Positions 62,860-64,000 of a stretch of 64,000 bases of DNA are shown here, one piece after another; positions within the stretch are counted from its first letter, which is position 1; the number at the start of each line of letters is the position of its first letter. Source of the DNA: Chiloscyllium plagiosum (Eukaryota); contig NC_057749.1 in NCBI RefSeq assembly GCF_004010195.1, forward strand, positions 24,760,979-24,824,978, read 5' to 3'. The notes beneath the pieces were generated by a model. That model made no database searches. It had not been told where the DNA came from and saw nothing but the letters and a program-made list of their open reading frames with translations. The translations under genes were made by a program, and so were the position numbers.

Positions 62860-63365
62860 TGAGAGGCAATTTTTTTTTTACACAGAGAGTGGTTCATATG
62901 TGGAATGAATTTTCAGTGGAAGAGATGGATGCAGGTACAGTTACAACATGTAAAAGACATTTAGATAAGTACATGAATCGGGAAGGTTTGGAGGGATGTG
63001 GGCCCATTGCAGACAGATGAGAGTAGTTTAGTTTTTGGATTATGGTTGACATGGACTGGTTAGTCCAAAGAGTCTGTTTCCATGCTGTATGACGAAATGC
63101 CCTTATGATCTGGGTTCGATTCCAGCCTTGGGTGACTGGAGTTTGCATGTTCTCCCTGTTTCTGCCAGGTGCTCCAGTTTCTTCCCACAGCCCAAAGATG
63201 GATTGGACACGCTGAATTGATCGTAGTGTCCAGGAATGTGTAGACAAGGTGGATTGGCCTTGGGTAAATGTGGAGTTATGGGGATAAGGTGGAGGGGCTG
63301 GGTCTGCTCTTCAGAGAGTCAGTGCACGCTCTATGGACCAAACGGCCTCTTTCTGCACTTGTAGG
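62860..63365 (+). mobile_element. CR1 3' end (62860-63093) followed by a degenerate HE1 SINE (63108-63365)
   Basis: Family-typical motifs. Confidence 0.8.
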
Positions 63366-63437
63366 GGTTACATAAAGAGTAGCTGTTTCCAAGTCATCCT
63401 GGAGGCTGCTGAAATCTCTCAGTATGAGCAGTAGATG

Positions 63438-63766
63438 CAGGTAGAAGATCCTTTATCTGAAAATCCAAAACCAAAAAAGGTCCAAAATCCGAAGGTTTTT
63501 TTGGGAAGTTATTTTCTCATTGGCAAAGTTGTTTGGCGAGCAAACAGTTAACCCAAATCGACACCTACTCGATGCGTGTCACTCAGATGCGACATGGGGG
63601 GGGGGGGGGGGGGGGGGGCAAGCACATTCTTACTTAGAAATCTGATCCTCTGGTAAGATTTTCAAAACTTTCACCATCAAACTGTCATTTATTCTGAAAA
63701 CCGAAAAATTCCGAATTCCGAGAAACAGCTGGTCCCGAGCATTTTGGATAAAGGATCTTCTACCTG
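63438..63766. mobile_element. pogo/Tigger-like MITE, 329 bp
   Basis: Perfect 20-bp TIR CAGGTAGAAGATCCTTTATC (63438-63457 and 63747-63766); TA on the right, TG on the left; internal poly-G. Confidence 0.88.
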
Positions 63767-64000
63767 TAGTGAGTGAAGTTACATGCCATTCCATTTGCCA
63801 CAATGGGTGAAGCCCCTGCTGTACTGCGACCCTTTTAAGGAAGGTTTGGCGCATGAGGCTTTTGAGTGCGAGATGGCATCCACTTCACACGATGGAGCAC
63901 ATTTCCCAGCGTTTATCCTGAGCAGTGACCCTTGCAATGAATGAAGTCAGAGTTTCCACTGGTTTAGATTAGTCACACTTGACTGGAAGTTCTGTGCAGA

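Overview
Repeat-saturated vertebrate intergenic or intronic DNA. The repeat repertoire (HE1-type V-SINEs, CR1/HER1 LINEs, DeuSINEs) points to a shark, possibly a carpet or bamboo shark (inference). No intact host protein-coding gene is recognisable, and nearly all ORF-track entries are transposon debris. Main contents: (i) a full-length but inactivated L1-clade LINE (15909-22475, 10-bp TSD) with two nested Penelope-like insertions; (ii) more than 15 Penelope-like element (PLE) remnants from at least four families, many forming fold-back hairpins with 12-18 bp TSDs and carrying a minimal hammerhead-ribozyme motif; (iii) about 20 HE1 SINEs and about 20 CR1 fragments; (iv) Rex1/Babar LINE fragments, solo LTRs, two pogo/Tigger-like MITEs, a 23-bp minisatellite with higher-order structure and a 386-bp tandem duplication; (v) a 576-N gap. 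The repeat-free islands include enhancer-like segments, one candidate 41-nt exon and a decayed coiled-coil-like coding remnant. Family names come from recalled consensus features, not from a database search. Boundaries without a stated TSD are approximate.
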